Assembly: GCA_022729735.1 (NCBI GenBank)
Contig: DZAY01000005.1
Span: 40,420 to 104,419 of the forward strand
DNA: 64,000 nt
Direction of reading: 5' to 3'
From: Helicobacter cetorum
GTDB lineage: Bacteria; Campylobacterota; Campylobacteria; Campylobacterales; DZAY01
The stretch's first letter is position 1, and each line of letters opens with the position of its first letter. Of the stretch, positions 22,401 through 31,118 are shown one piece after another. The notes below the pieces were generated by a model. The model was not told the DNA's origin. It saw only the letters and a list, made by a program, of their open reading frames with translations, and searched no databases. Made by a program: the position numbers and the translations under genes.

Positions 22401-23306
22401 GCTTATATTTCCATCATTTATATCTTTTTGAGTAAATGTGCTATTTGTATCTAATAAAACTCCATTTTTATATAAATTTCCATGTATCGGCAAAGAGTTT
22501 AAATGATATACTAACTCTTCTGGTTTTTGTTCTTTATCAGTCGTATTTAACTCTGTACCTTTTATAACTTTTGTTGTATTTTCATCTATTCTCATTTCGC
22601 TAATTTTAATTTCTGGTGGAGTAATATTTGCACACTCATTCACATTCAAATTCAAAAGAGCATTGCTATCATATTCTACATTTCCTCCACCGTTTATTCT
22701 TATTTCTTTTCCTGAAACAATAGCACCTTTAACTGTTCTATTTACATGTATATTAGCATTAGGTGCATATATAAAAGCATTAAGAGGAGATGATGTTTGC
22801 ACTGCAAAATTATTTGTACCAAGATATATTATAACAAGCTTAGATGATTCTGTGTTATCAAACTTCCCATCTAATGTAATATTTCCATTGATGTAAATTA
22901 TAGTAGTACTACTTCCTGTTAGATGAACGGTTTTACCACCATTTAACTGAAAGTTTGAAAAATAGTGTGTGCCGTCTGTGAGATATAAATCAGTATCATT
23001 TTGATGAGCAAGGTCTGGGAAATTTGTATAACTACCAGAACTATTTAATTCAAGTGCTTCAACATTCATATTGCTTTTATAACACTCTAAACCATCACAT
23101 CTTGAATTTAAATTATTCCCAGAAAGATTTGTAGTATCTAATACTCTATCTCCTGTTGAAGTTAATGTTCCATCTATATAAATAGTTCCACCAGATAGAT
23201 TTGATACAGCATTACTAAAAACCAAGGAGCATTGAGGTGAAGCAATAGCACCCATATTAAACCCAAAAACTATTAACCCAAAAACAATACGAATAAAATT
23301 TTTCAT
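16407..23306 (-). CDS. Giant MshQ-like pilus-associated adhesin (2299 aa)
   Basis: Signal peptide; three CSPG/cadherin-like repeats (FTQxDI); two related internal modules; Ig-like domains; MshQ-type C-terminus (YSDIG, FTPKQF, FYYGR, PEYL). Heads the minor-pilin operon. Confidence 0.8.
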   Translation of the reverse strand: MKNFIRIVFGLIVFGFNMGAIASPQCSLVFSNAVSNLSGGTIYIDGTLTSTGDRVLDTTNLSGNNLNSRCDGLECYKSNMNVEALELNSSGSYTNFPDLAHQNDTDLYLTDGTHYFSNFQLNGGKTVHLTGSSTTIIYINGNITLDGKFDNTESSKLVIIYLGTNNFAVQTSSPLNAFIYAPNANIHVNRTVKGAIVSGKEIRINGGGNVEYDSNALLNLNVNECANITPPEIKISEMRIDENTTKVIKGTELNTTDKEQKPEELVYHLNSLPIHGNLYKNGVLLDTNSTFTQKDINDGNISYKHDGSETTSDSFNFGVTDGTLSSSPLGTMQIYVNPINDAPVITPVNLFVNVNESAKIINLNLPATDAEEYPAQLVYTITTLPTNGTIKLNGVNLGVGGTFTQSDIDYGRVTFVSNGTISLSRLYFNLTDGFNIVSSSLGIKINSLPQIINKSITVNQNERKIVTNSNLKATDNEENTSQLVYTITALPTKGVIYYSGVAITSTSQNFTQKDIDDGKIEYLHTYGDDSNDSFNFNVSDGYGSVNDIMIITINKATSNLQTGYEDFRLVYNSNLYGNIKLIGNVVLCEKSGGNCVPNSTKANNDVRTYYVDVDNNSSTFNSSSADLVLRPDAKIKYALLSWQGRTENISECIRTETQCTRYWSNGTCRTWSNICVEERTNINRLKLKTPLSPNYTEIDALDGGKCFYNGESYQCYKNITNLIKDSGTYTVADLYVDEGQTNYYGAWALTVAYEDLQDSYKNLSLFTGYKNVQDSTGYRRVDINISGFLTPASGNVNSELFVFAGEGDLPYRDDKFQLTDKIGNFQNVDASNINNVFNSSINNGTPRNPTLNNNMGIDIDVFSVGTTGSNIISNSQTSTTIRLETSGDQYYPGMVAFATELYSPKVCYLETIYKNDLIVDENTSIFLGDRLVFEVNVSNIGTEEASKVQIDKIFDAPLGYNKTNGTYLNGVQKTNAVGDDEVDYVDSEYKLKVRVGTGANATNGGQIAVNGKAEYKYNSDIISYPQNGEINNTYMVNYVSDTLKMNFNNVVPKCVDNAFINTTIYVSKFSVEANVTPKNSNGDVSVGYNKTINYTVKLTNKAPFNEDNPKISVSLLDGFVFTGLVTANGWDCPPPPPYTISNNLECQLNGTINKDGNFSEFSFTIKSPNSDRDFYSQVEAKSSLDTKTLGKSNPQRIIVGEGLEADVMLSLKMEDSNGVGIGDNGVIPIDTEFSLIVDISKLSSHTLTNSKLLVDLNETNIESIKYSIDGGSTYINIAPEDIADGNITIPLGDISVDTTTIKIDVKGKEIGSNITNYVKLTSDVSFIPSAKKDDFKTINIGLMAKPKPFDTIFSKNLQGDYKVFSGTSGIISISNIPTNAKIEYARLYWYGYLSNYRDDILYKTADSITFKSNSVTYPNTNIVIDSNNLAYQGSLDVTNEINSSGDYSISGIEYSSGFAGWILVVAYEDNSTIKKIRNVAIQDGFVGIANRSEKNETNGIFERNSTKNFNLKDANTTIFGYGGNSGGDDKMLVDTQSYLNKFEEASDNKIVLNFTLLNEIDFSVDNSDKYFVGVVATSALKEPLLFTTNLKDRDGNDITTDNPAEVGETITVSVTIKNQHDYDLTNINIVDILLDEDKFELVNSDNVPNSLSLNKYGEETFTYTIRAKSEDTTDFKATYQTDFSENVIGGNSFEGIEIESGDDIKLVPPTLTDFDILNPLRSGEHNNSITTKTAGEAFDLTITAVNPETIGDKNYQVRVKIVDVTNGNTVVVPFSSWEVINKDHTSYTFTIPAINESYKHLQPILEWRLISEEDALINKQDAEVIDDKKGEENLDSFAIKPYSLTMLFLRSSYIAGLTHSELQFSASDNGYIQGDTNLTIIYNKYMPNKIDIDNSLNGNFVKGSPFTINGTAVTLVDFNYSDIGYIDLNLTDKKWTEIDQPNDCVSNSCSNAKDSEGKVGCDICANSNMVKFTPKQFEVTFINQPYLDNNFSDANFTYYSNDLNMSALVRNLSLKIKAINHLNEITKNYSNGLYEENITLSNIFNIPDNPIHVDDNLSFNNEDLSFIDGETTLNLNDYRFNYSRAYNTLLEPRFINGTQVDINFTIKDNSLVEGNVTTNPDKNATFYYGRVKGKDVTIYDKSVDAKIYSEIYCKTCNKVEMGISGFSVSPNDIGWYINSKDSVSEVKAINLKPNENMSGTSLAPIPFNNGDITRNFSYSGTNEKHKEIVHLSIPEYLYYTKFGGAYIEFATSQSPLNHPTFSLEFISSLTNDWGGSGKTVDDTVKVKKQDVNSSIRMQW

Positions 23307-23455
23307 AGTTTAGCCTTTTTTTAACTTATCAATCTTGATATTTTTAATAATACTTAAATAAACACTTATTGCAACAAATACAAATCTAATATATTTTACT
23401 CTTTTTTTTATAAAATATAGTATCTATTTTATAATTTTTAGTAAGTTAATTTCTT

Positions 23456-26400
23456 TTAGAAACAGTTATGTTTCAACCAAAATGAACTATTTTTTGAAAT
23501 ATTAGAATTGCTCCATCTATTACTAATACTATCATAATAAAAATATTGAGAAAAATCTCCTAATTTACAACTACTTGGAAGTATGTTTATCTCTTTTAAA
23601 TCAGTTTTATTTAAATCAAATTGTGTTGATACTAAATGCCAAATATTTGGTTCTAAACTTTTATAATATTCTAATTGTGATGTTTTTGTAATTATATTAT
23701 AAGAGCTATTTTCATCACCATGAATTAGTTTTATTTTATTTAATGTTGGCATAATCCATAATCCCATTTGTGCATTTATATTTGTTGGATTTTGTATATA
23801 AGTTTTATTTACTATATCCCAACTCCAAATACTACTATTTTCTAATAACTGCTCTTTGAAACTATTTTTGTGAAAAATGTAATTTTTAATAGTTGAAATT
23901 TGGTTCCATTGTAAAGGCATTAAATTTTCTACAACACCATTTCCAAAATATCCAATTAAATACTCTTCATCTAATAACATATTTTCAACTATTTCAGCTC
24001 TTTTTATAAATGCAACACCACTTTTAAGCTTTATTGTTCGTTTTCCATCGAAATATTGCTTATCTTCAAATACAGTTTCGCTACTATAATTTACATCACA
24101 CACAGGATTATAATCACTTGGCATATGAAAACCATAACTACCATCTTCAGTTGTAAATGTAGAAATAACACCATCATATATATTTGTATCTATTTCTCTA
24201 AAAATTGTAGGAGTTCCTTTAAATATATCAATATTCTCTATTTTTGATATTGATTTAGAGTCTAAAGAGACAGTTTTATTAATATCACTTTTTTCAATTA
24301 CACTCTCTATTCCTATTAAATTTTTTGCATTAACCATAATATTTAAAAACATATTGTGAGGATTTAACTCTTCATCTTTTGCTTTTATATAGATATTTGA
24401 AACTGTTGATTTATTACTATCAATGCTAACTATACTATTTTGAGGCAGTTTTATAGAGTGTGTTTTTGTATTTGATGTCTCATTTTTTTCAACTGATAAA
24501 ATTAGTGTTCCATTTATATCTTCTTCTATTTTTTTTACACCAACTATTGAATTAGTATCATTTTGAAAAGGAATAAAACCTGATAATCTACCATTACTTT
24601 TTAATTCTACGACAAAATCTTTATATACCGAAATATTGTATTCATTTATTACACTATTTGATGGTGCAATAGTTATTGTAGATATATCAAAATACTCTTT
24701 TGTATTATCCTTTGGAATAGCAATTTTTGTAATAATTATATTTCCATTTTCTACTACTGTCCCATTTGTTTCAAGCTCTATAATATCTAATGTTTCTACT
24801 TTTACAATAGTTACATTTTCATCAACTCCAGCTCTAATAACTCCACCAAAATTTGGTATTGTTTGCTCACTAAATCCAACTATTGTTTCAATGCTACTTG
24901 ATGAGCTTTCACTTGAAGATGAACTAACCAGACTCGAACTACTCGAACTACTCGAACTACTCGAACTACTCGAACTACTCGAACTACTCGAACTACTTGA
25001 ACTACTCGAACTACTCGAACTTGACAAGCTTGAAGAACTATTAATTATACTTGATGATGAATAACTAATAGATGAGCTACTACTTGATGAAGAATTAGTA
25101 ATATTTATTTGATACACAGTATTACTCATTAAATTTACACCATCATTCATAGATATATATACATTTAACATACCAGTTGTATCTGGAATAGCAGATACTG
25201 TTGCTACTAAATCTTGTGCATTATAATCCACAAAAGCTAATGGATTACTCCAATGTGGAGTTACAGTTATAATACCTGTCATGCTTAATTCAACTGTTAT
25301 ATTTAAATCATCTTCATCAATATCTGTAATATTATTAAATGTTATGTTGAAATCACTAAAATTTGTATTTTTTTCTATTAAATTAAGAGTTGATTGATTA
25401 GATGTTGGAGTTGCATTACGAGTCCTAAATATTGCATAAAATCCAGCATAAGTGAAACTACTAATAGCACTCTCATCAAAAGCTTCTTTAATATATCCAT
25501 TTTTAGCAATAATTAAATCTCTTAAAGCACTGTTTTTATGATTACCACTTAAAAACATAGCTCTTGCTGTTGAATTTGTATCAATATTTATAGATGGTGT
25601 TCCTGCTATTATTATATTACCACCATTTCCATCATGAGCATATGAGTTTAATCCAGCATTAATAATAATTGCATTTTGTGAAGTTGAAGTAGTGTTTATA
25701 TCATTTGTTATAGTTATATCACCTGCTGTTGTAGATATTGCTATATCTCCACTTGCATTTATATCTTGTAGTGTTAAATTGCCTTCATTTTTGATATTTA
25801 GAGACGTTACATTAGCTTTTAAACTATTAATATGATTATTTTCATGTGTAAAATTATTAGTTCCTCCAATAAGATTTAGTGTGCCATTAATATCAAGTGA
25901 GCCAGTGTGAATTGCTTGAGTATTTGAATAAAAAGTTAAATTATTATCAGTTTTAATTGTAGATGTACCTATTCCATAAAATACATCTCCAATAATTTCT
26001 ACACTACTCGAATTTATATCACTATCTGTTAAATATACAGAATATGGAGTTTGAGTTCCATAGCTAAGCCCTTCAAGTTTTATTTTACCACCATTTAAAA
26101 TAGCTTTAGCACCACTATAAAACATAATACCTGCATTTTTTTTACCACTACCTTTGATATGAATTCCACCACCATTTGTTGTTTGAATAGTAGAACCCCA
26201 ATTCACAACACCATAAGCATTACTTACAAAATCTGGTTCTGCACTATGTCCTTCAATTACAATCGCATTTTCTAAATTACTATTTGATGTAATTAAATTA
26301 CCTATACTATCGCTATTACAACATTTAGATAGCTCAATACCATATCCAGAACCACTAAGACCATCAGATTTACCATATAGATTTATAACTCCATTTTGAG

Positions 26401-28324
26401 AGTTAATTATAGTTCCACCAATTAAAAGTATTCCTTCCGTAGTATTTGATATTGGCGAATAAACACTTGTAGAAAAACTCGTTGCTGTGCCATTTCTACT
26501 TTTACCTCTTATAGTAATATTTCCATCATTAGATAAAATTTCTGCTTTATCAATCAAAATACCATTAGAATTCAAACTACTTCCAATAGCATAATTACTA
26601 TATAAATCATTTCCACCAGATAAAATTATATCTCCACCAAAACTATTTATCGTAGTTTTAGCAGAGCTTGTTGGACTATTTCCATAACCTATCCAAATTG
26701 AGCCACCATTATTATCAGTATCTGCCCAAAAAGTTATATTTAATTTACTTGATAGTGAAGAGATATTAGTATCTTTATGAACTAAAATATCTCCAGCAGA
26801 TTTAAATGTAATATTTTTATCACTACTTGAACTATTTATGATATTAGAAGCTATTTCAATATTATAACCAGCTAAAATAGATACATTACTATTTGATAAA
26901 TTGCTTTCAATATCTTGAGTGTTAATATTGCAATTTCCATTAGTATAAAAAAAGAAAACACCATTTAAGATGGCATTTGCACAATTTGTATTTGAACTAC
27001 TATTTATTGTGATATTTCCAATATTTGGAGTTATCGTAGATTTTGTAGTTACACTAAAATTTACATCAACTCCACCAATTGTAAGAGTTGTTGTATTTGT
27101 TTCACCATAACCATTTGGACTAATTAATTTTACTTTTACACTATTTCCATTAGAAATAGTCCCATTTGTATCAGTATATGCTCCTCCATTTATACTATAA
27201 AATCCATTTGTTATAGATATATTTGATGCTGTATCTATTCCAGAAATAGTAACACTGTTTGACTCAATTTCGCTATTTAATTCACTGTTGTTTTGTTCTG
27301 TAAATACAAAACTATTCGGAGTTGTATCTGCTGAAATATTCACTTCATAAATACTTCCTTTAGTATATCCAACATAATAAAGTAGCTGATTTGGAATTTT
27401 AACAGCAATACCAACAATACCTTCACTTTCACTATGTGTTATAGTATCTACTAAATTTGTATTAACCAATGTCGTAGGATTTATAACATTTATACTTCTA
27501 TTATAAGAGTAGTATATATTTCCATCACTATCAAAAGCCAAACCATTAATATTGCTTGTAGCTGTTGCAATAGTAGTTAAATTATTATCTATTAAATCTA
27601 TTTTTATCAGTTTAGTCTTACAAGTCGTATAAATTGCATTATTATGATATAACAAACCACCTTCACTTGTATCTGTACTTCCATTGCTAGTACATCCTTG
27701 AGAAGATAAACTATATGTATATTCATGAGTTCCATTTAAGCTAAATCGTTTAACATCAGGATACCAATAACCATTCATAAATATATGAGTATCATTAGTA
27801 TCAATTCCATAATTAGTTTGGCTTGAATTTCCAGGTGCTGTTAAAGCAATTTGAGAGACACCAGAAGAATTGAATTTTTGCAATTTACCTTGATTCATAC
27901 TACCTAAATATATATCTCCATTTGATGCTTTAGAAAAATGAAATGGAGAACTAAATGAAGCATTCAAAGGATTAACATCATTTATTATAGAATTTGTACC
28001 ATTTCCAGCAACTGTTGTTACAGGATATGTATCACTCAATGTAATTTTTCTAATTTTACCACCAGGATTTGTAGAATATGAGTTATTTCCAGTATCGAGT
28101 ACTAATAAATTTCCATCATTATCAAATTCTAATCCTCTTGGATAAAAAAAAGTTGCACTTATTCCAACATTGTTATCTGTTTGAGAAACATAATAGTTTC
28201 CATCACCAGCTATTTTTGTTACAACAGTTCCAGCAATACCTTGATTTAAGAAGATGAATATAAATACTATTAGCATATATTTAAATCTACTTAAAAACAT
28301 TTTATCCACACAAATTTCTCTCAT
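23456..28324 (-). CDS. Large mosaic surface protein: NHL propeller, FHA-like beta-helix, poly-Ser linker, Trp-rich C-terminal module
   Basis: AGAGG RBS; signal-peptide-like N-terminus; NHL repeats (PRGLEFDNDGNLLVLDTGN); GNITIRGKS-type repeats; long Ser run. Confidence 0.75.
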   Translation of the reverse strand: MREICVDKMFLSRFKYMLIVFIFIFLNQGIAGTVVTKIAGDGNYYVSQTDNNVGISATFFYPRGLEFDNDGNLLVLDTGNNSYSTNPGGKIRKITLSDTYPVTTVAGNGTNSIINDVNPLNASFSSPFHFSKASNGDIYLGSMNQGKLQKFNSSGVSQIALTAPGNSSQTNYGIDTNDTHIFMNGYWYPDVKRFSLNGTHEYTYSLSSQGCTSNGSTDTSEGGLLYHNNAIYTTCKTKLIKIDLIDNNLTTIATATSNINGLAFDSDGNIYYSYNRSINVINPTTLVNTNLVDTITHSESEGIVGIAVKIPNQLLYYVGYTKGSIYEVNISADTTPNSFVFTEQNNSELNSEIESNSVTISGIDTASNISITNGFYSINGGAYTDTNGTISNGNSVKVKLISPNGYGETNTTTLTIGGVDVNFSVTTKSTITPNIGNITINSSSNTNCANAILNGVFFFYTNGNCNINTQDIESNLSNSNVSILAGYNIEIASNIINSSSSDKNITFKSAGDILVHKDTNISSLSSKLNITFWADTDNNGGSIWIGYGNSPTSSAKTTINSFGGDIILSGGNDLYSNYAIGSSLNSNGILIDKAEILSNDGNITIRGKSRNGTATSFSTSVYSPISNTTEGILLIGGTIINSQNGVINLYGKSDGLSGSGYGIELSKCCNSDSIGNLITSNSNLENAIVIEGHSAEPDFVSNAYGVVNWGSTIQTTNGGGIHIKGSGKKNAGIMFYSGAKAILNGGKIKLEGLSYGTQTPYSVYLTDSDINSSSVEIIGDVFYGIGTSTIKTDNNLTFYSNTQAIHTGSLDINGTLNLIGGTNNFTHENNHINSLKANVTSLNIKNEGNLTLQDINASGDIAISTTAGDITITNDINTTSTSQNAIIINAGLNSYAHDGNGGNIIIAGTPSINIDTNSTARAMFLSGNHKNSALRDLIIAKNGYIKEAFDESAISSFTYAGFYAIFRTRNATPTSNQSTLNLIEKNTNFSDFNITFNNITDIDEDDLNITVELSMTGIITVTPHWSNPLAFVDYNAQDLVATVSAIPDTTGMLNVYISMNDGVNLMSNTVYQINITNSSSSSSSSISYSSSSIINSSSSLSSSSSSSSSSSSSSSSSSSSSSSSSSSSSSSLVSSSSSESSSSSIETIVGFSEQTIPNFGGVIRAGVDENVTIVKVETLDIIELETNGTVVENGNIIITKIAIPKDNTKEYFDISTITIAPSNSVINEYNISVYKDFVVELKSNGRLSGFIPFQNDTNSIVGVKKIEEDINGTLILSVEKNETSNTKTHSIKLPQNSIVSIDSNKSTVSNIYIKAKDEELNPHNMFLNIMVNAKNLIGIESVIEKSDINKTVSLDSKSISKIENIDIFKGTPTIFREIDTNIYDGVISTFTTEDGSYGFHMPSDYNPVCDVNYSSETVFEDKQYFDGKRTIKLKSGVAFIKRAEIVENMLLDEEYLIGYFGNGVVENLMPLQWNQISTIKNYIFHKNSFKEQLLENSSIWSWDIVNKTYIQNPTNINAQMGLWIMPTLNKIKLIHGDENSSYNIITKTSQLEYYKSLEPNIWHLVSTQFDLNKTDLKEINILPSSCKLGDFSQYFYYDSISNRWSNSNISKNSSFWLKHNCF
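24932..25021. repeat. Tandem repeat, 10 x 9 bp (ACTCGAACT), encoding poly-Ser on the minus strand
   Basis: Nine perfect units plus one ACTTGAACT variant (24995-25003), read directly. Confidence 0.95.
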
Positions 28325-28378
28325 TTTAATCCTCTATTTTTAATTTTTTTATAATCTCAAAATTATACTTAATTTAAA

Positions 28379-29620
28379 TCACCTTTCTCCAAATGCTTCA
28401 AATTTTAATTTTATTGCAGGACTAATTATATAATCTAAAACAGTTTTTTGTCCAATTTTTATACTTATATCAGCACTCATACCAGAGTATAAATCCAAAA
28501 CATTCCCATCACTATCTATATAACTATCTTCTAATTTAATTAAAATTTCATAAAATCTACTATCTTTTTCACTTTTTGTATCTGCTCCAATATTTATAAC
28601 TTTTCCATTTAGTGAGCCATATCTTGAAAAGTCATAACCTTCAAATCTAATAATAGCACTCTGATTTAGTCTAATATAAGCTCTATCTATTGGTTTAACT
28701 TTTGCTAAAAGTATCAAATTATCTTTTGGAACTATCTCTAAGATTACTTCACCACTCTTTACAACTCCACCAATTGTAAAGAATTTCATATTTTTTACAA
28801 TACCATCAATTGGTGCTTTTATATCACTTCTAATATTTTGATTTTGAATACTATTTAACTGCTCTTGTGTATTTAATATTTGCTCTTGTATTGAAGCTAA
28901 CTCTTCAATAGACTCTTTTTTAAATGTTTGTGATTTATGTTCTAACTCTGCTTTTGATTCTTCGATTGATAATTTTATTTTTTGTATAGAGTTTATTAAT
29001 GCTTGTATCTCATTTTCATTAGATTTTAACTCATTTTCTATATTTAAATGCTCTATTTTAGTTGTTAATTTATCTTCTAATAGTTTTCTTGAGAGTTCAT
29101 ATTTCTCTTTTAATATTAAAACTTTTTCTTTTGAGAGTAAAGTTTTGGAATTTATTTCATCAATTTCACTCTCTTTTTGTTTTATTTGTTCTTTTATTAT
29201 TGATAATGATTGTTTTTGATTATCTCTTTTTTTATAAAATATATCTAATTGTGATTTTGCAAAATCGCTATTTTTTAACTTTGTATCTATTTTTAAACTA
29301 CTATTATCTATTTCTGCTTGTAATCTTAATTTTATAATTTCTAAATTAGATAGTTTTAAAGCTAACTCATCATAACTATTTTCTGATGGTGGTTGTGAAA
29401 GTTTTAATAGTAGCTGATTTTCTTTTACAAAATCTCCATCTTTAACAAAAATTTCAGAAATAATTCCTCCTTCTAAATTTTGAATACTCTTATTTCTCAC
29501 TTCACTAATTGCTTCACCTTGACATTTAGCAACAATATCTATTTTAAAAAAATATGCCCAGATAAAAAGTATTACTAAAAGAATAGCTATTAAATATGCT
29601 ATTTTTTTACTGTTATCCAT
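28379..29620 (-). CDS. HlyD-family type I secretion membrane fusion protein
   Basis: Start reassigned to MDNSKK at 29620; IQNLEGGII, IKAPIDG, GGVVKSGE.ILEIVP, YGSLNG, GMSA and VLDYIISP. Confidence 0.92.
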   Translation of the reverse strand: MDNSKKIAYLIAILLVILFIWAYFFKIDIVAKCQGEAISEVRNKSIQNLEGGIISEIFVKDGDFVKENQLLLKLSQPPSENSYDELALKLSNLEIIKLRLQAEIDNSSLKIDTKLKNSDFAKSQLDIFYKKRDNQKQSLSIIKEQIKQKESEIDEINSKTLLSKEKVLILKEKYELSRKLLEDKLTTKIEHLNIENELKSNENEIQALINSIQKIKLSIEESKAELEHKSQTFKKESIEELASIQEQILNTQEQLNSIQNQNIRSDIKAPIDGIVKNMKFFTIGGVVKSGEVILEIVPKDNLILLAKVKPIDRAYIRLNQSAIIRFEGYDFSRYGSLNGKVINIGADTKSEKDSRFYEILIKLEDSYIDSDGNVLDLYSGMSADISIKIGQKTVLDYIISPAIKLKFEAFGER

Positions 29621-31118
29621 TTTTTCCAACTTTGATATTTTTATTATCAAATATAAATATATAATCACTACTACTTATTAAATCTCTATTTTGTGAGACA
29701 ACTATTATTGTTCTACTTTCTTTAACTTTTTTTAAATACTCTATTAACTGTTCTAATACCTCTTTTTCAAATATATCAAATGTATCATCTATTAAAACTA
29801 TTTTACTATCTTTTAAAAGTGCTTTAAGTATGGATATTGCACTTTTTTCTCTTTTTGATAATGGATTTCCAAACATATCAATTTTAGTTAAAAAACCACT
29901 ATTTGTATTGTTTATGATTGCAAATAAGCCAGATTTTTTAACTTCTAAAATAGTTTCTTCATCACTTAATTTTGAATTTTTTAAATTATCTAATATAGTT
30001 CCATCAATAAACATATCATTTTCACAACTCATAGATATAAATTTTGTAAAACTTTTATTATCTATTAATTTTATATCAATTCCATCAAAGCATATTTCAC
30101 CAGAATAGAAATCTATATTTTTTGATATGAGTTTTAGAAATGTTGTTTTTCCTACACTTTTATTTGATACAACTACCGATATTTTATTTGCTGGAAGTGT
30201 AAAATTATCGAATCTAAATAGTAAATTTTTATTAAAATTTAGTGCTAAGTTTTTAAAACTAATTTCGCCTGAAATATTATCAATTTTAATAAATCTATCT
30301 TCAACAATTGGCTTTGAAAAATATTTATATATATTTATAAAACCTTTTATAGAATTATTTTGAAACATAATTATCATGGGTTGTAAAAATCTACTTGAGA
30401 GCATATTTGTAGCAATTAATGCACCAAAAGATAGATTATGTTCAACTATTTCTATTGCACCAATTGAAGTAATAAACAGAAGTGAAAATGGAATGGAGAG
30501 ATAGTTTATATTTTGAATAATATTTTGAGCTTTTATTTTTTTTAATTTCAACTCTAAATTAGCACTATTTAAATCTTCTAATTGACCAATTAATTTTTCT
30601 AATATATCAATATTTGAACCTTTATCTTTTAGAACTTCTATTTTATATTTCAATCGTTCTCTATCTTTTGAAAATTGATTATATTTATTATCTAACTTTT
30701 TATTTACAATAGAATATATTATATTTATAAAGGCAACTAATATAAATACAAATATAAGTGTCAATCCAAGTATTTGACTAAAATATAAAATAATCATCAA
30801 AAAAAGAGTAGCAAATGGTAAATCCAAAATAGATATAATTGATTGAGTATTTATACTCTCTTTTGAAAATATATTTTCCAATTTTATATTATAAAAACTT
30901 ACTATTTCATATCTAACATATCTAAATATATAATCAAAAATTAAGAATATAACAGCTCCAAATGTCAAAGAAAATAGAGTGTAATAACTATTATGAGGTA
31001 TAACTTTATCATAAACATTTAATATAAAAATTGGAATTGTAAGTGCAAATATATTTATAAAAAATGAAAGTATCAAAAGAGAAAATATATCACTCCACTC
31101 TTTTGATAAAAGTTTCAT
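29613..31118 (-). CDS. T1SS-type ABC transporter subunit with degenerate NBD
   Basis: T1SS TM start (INIFALTIPIFILNVYDKVIP) and LSFGALIA; NBD motifs altered (SNKSVGKTT, LSKRE, IVLIDD, VSQ). Confidence 0.85.
   Translation of the reverse strand: MKLLSKEWSDIFSLLILSFFINIFALTIPIFILNVYDKVIPHNSYYTLFSLTFGAVIFLIFDYIFRYVRYEIVSFYNIKLENIFSKESINTQSIISILDLPFATLFLMIILYFSQILGLTLIFVFILVAFINIIYSIVNKKLDNKYNQFSKDRERLKYKIEVLKDKGSNIDILEKLIGQLEDLNSANLELKLKKIKAQNIIQNINYLSIPFSLLFITSIGAIEIVEHNLSFGALIATNMLSSRFLQPMIIMFQNNSIKGFINIYKYFSKPIVEDRFIKIDNISGEISFKNLALNFNKNLLFRFDNFTLPANKISVVVSNKSVGKTTFLKLISKNIDFYSGEICFDGIDIKLIDNKSFTKFISMSCENDMFIDGTILDNLKNSKLSDEETILEVKKSGLFAIINNTNSGFLTKIDMFGNPLSKREKSAISILKALLKDSKIVLIDDTFDIFEKEVLEQLIEYLKKVKESRTIIVVSQNRDLISSSDYIFIFDNKNIKVGKNG

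Noticed and set aside
24932-25021. Repeat array as CRISPR, and the opposite-strand LELLEL ORF (24636-25064)
   Set aside because: There are no spacers or cas genes; the ORF is the antisense reading of the poly-Ser repeat.
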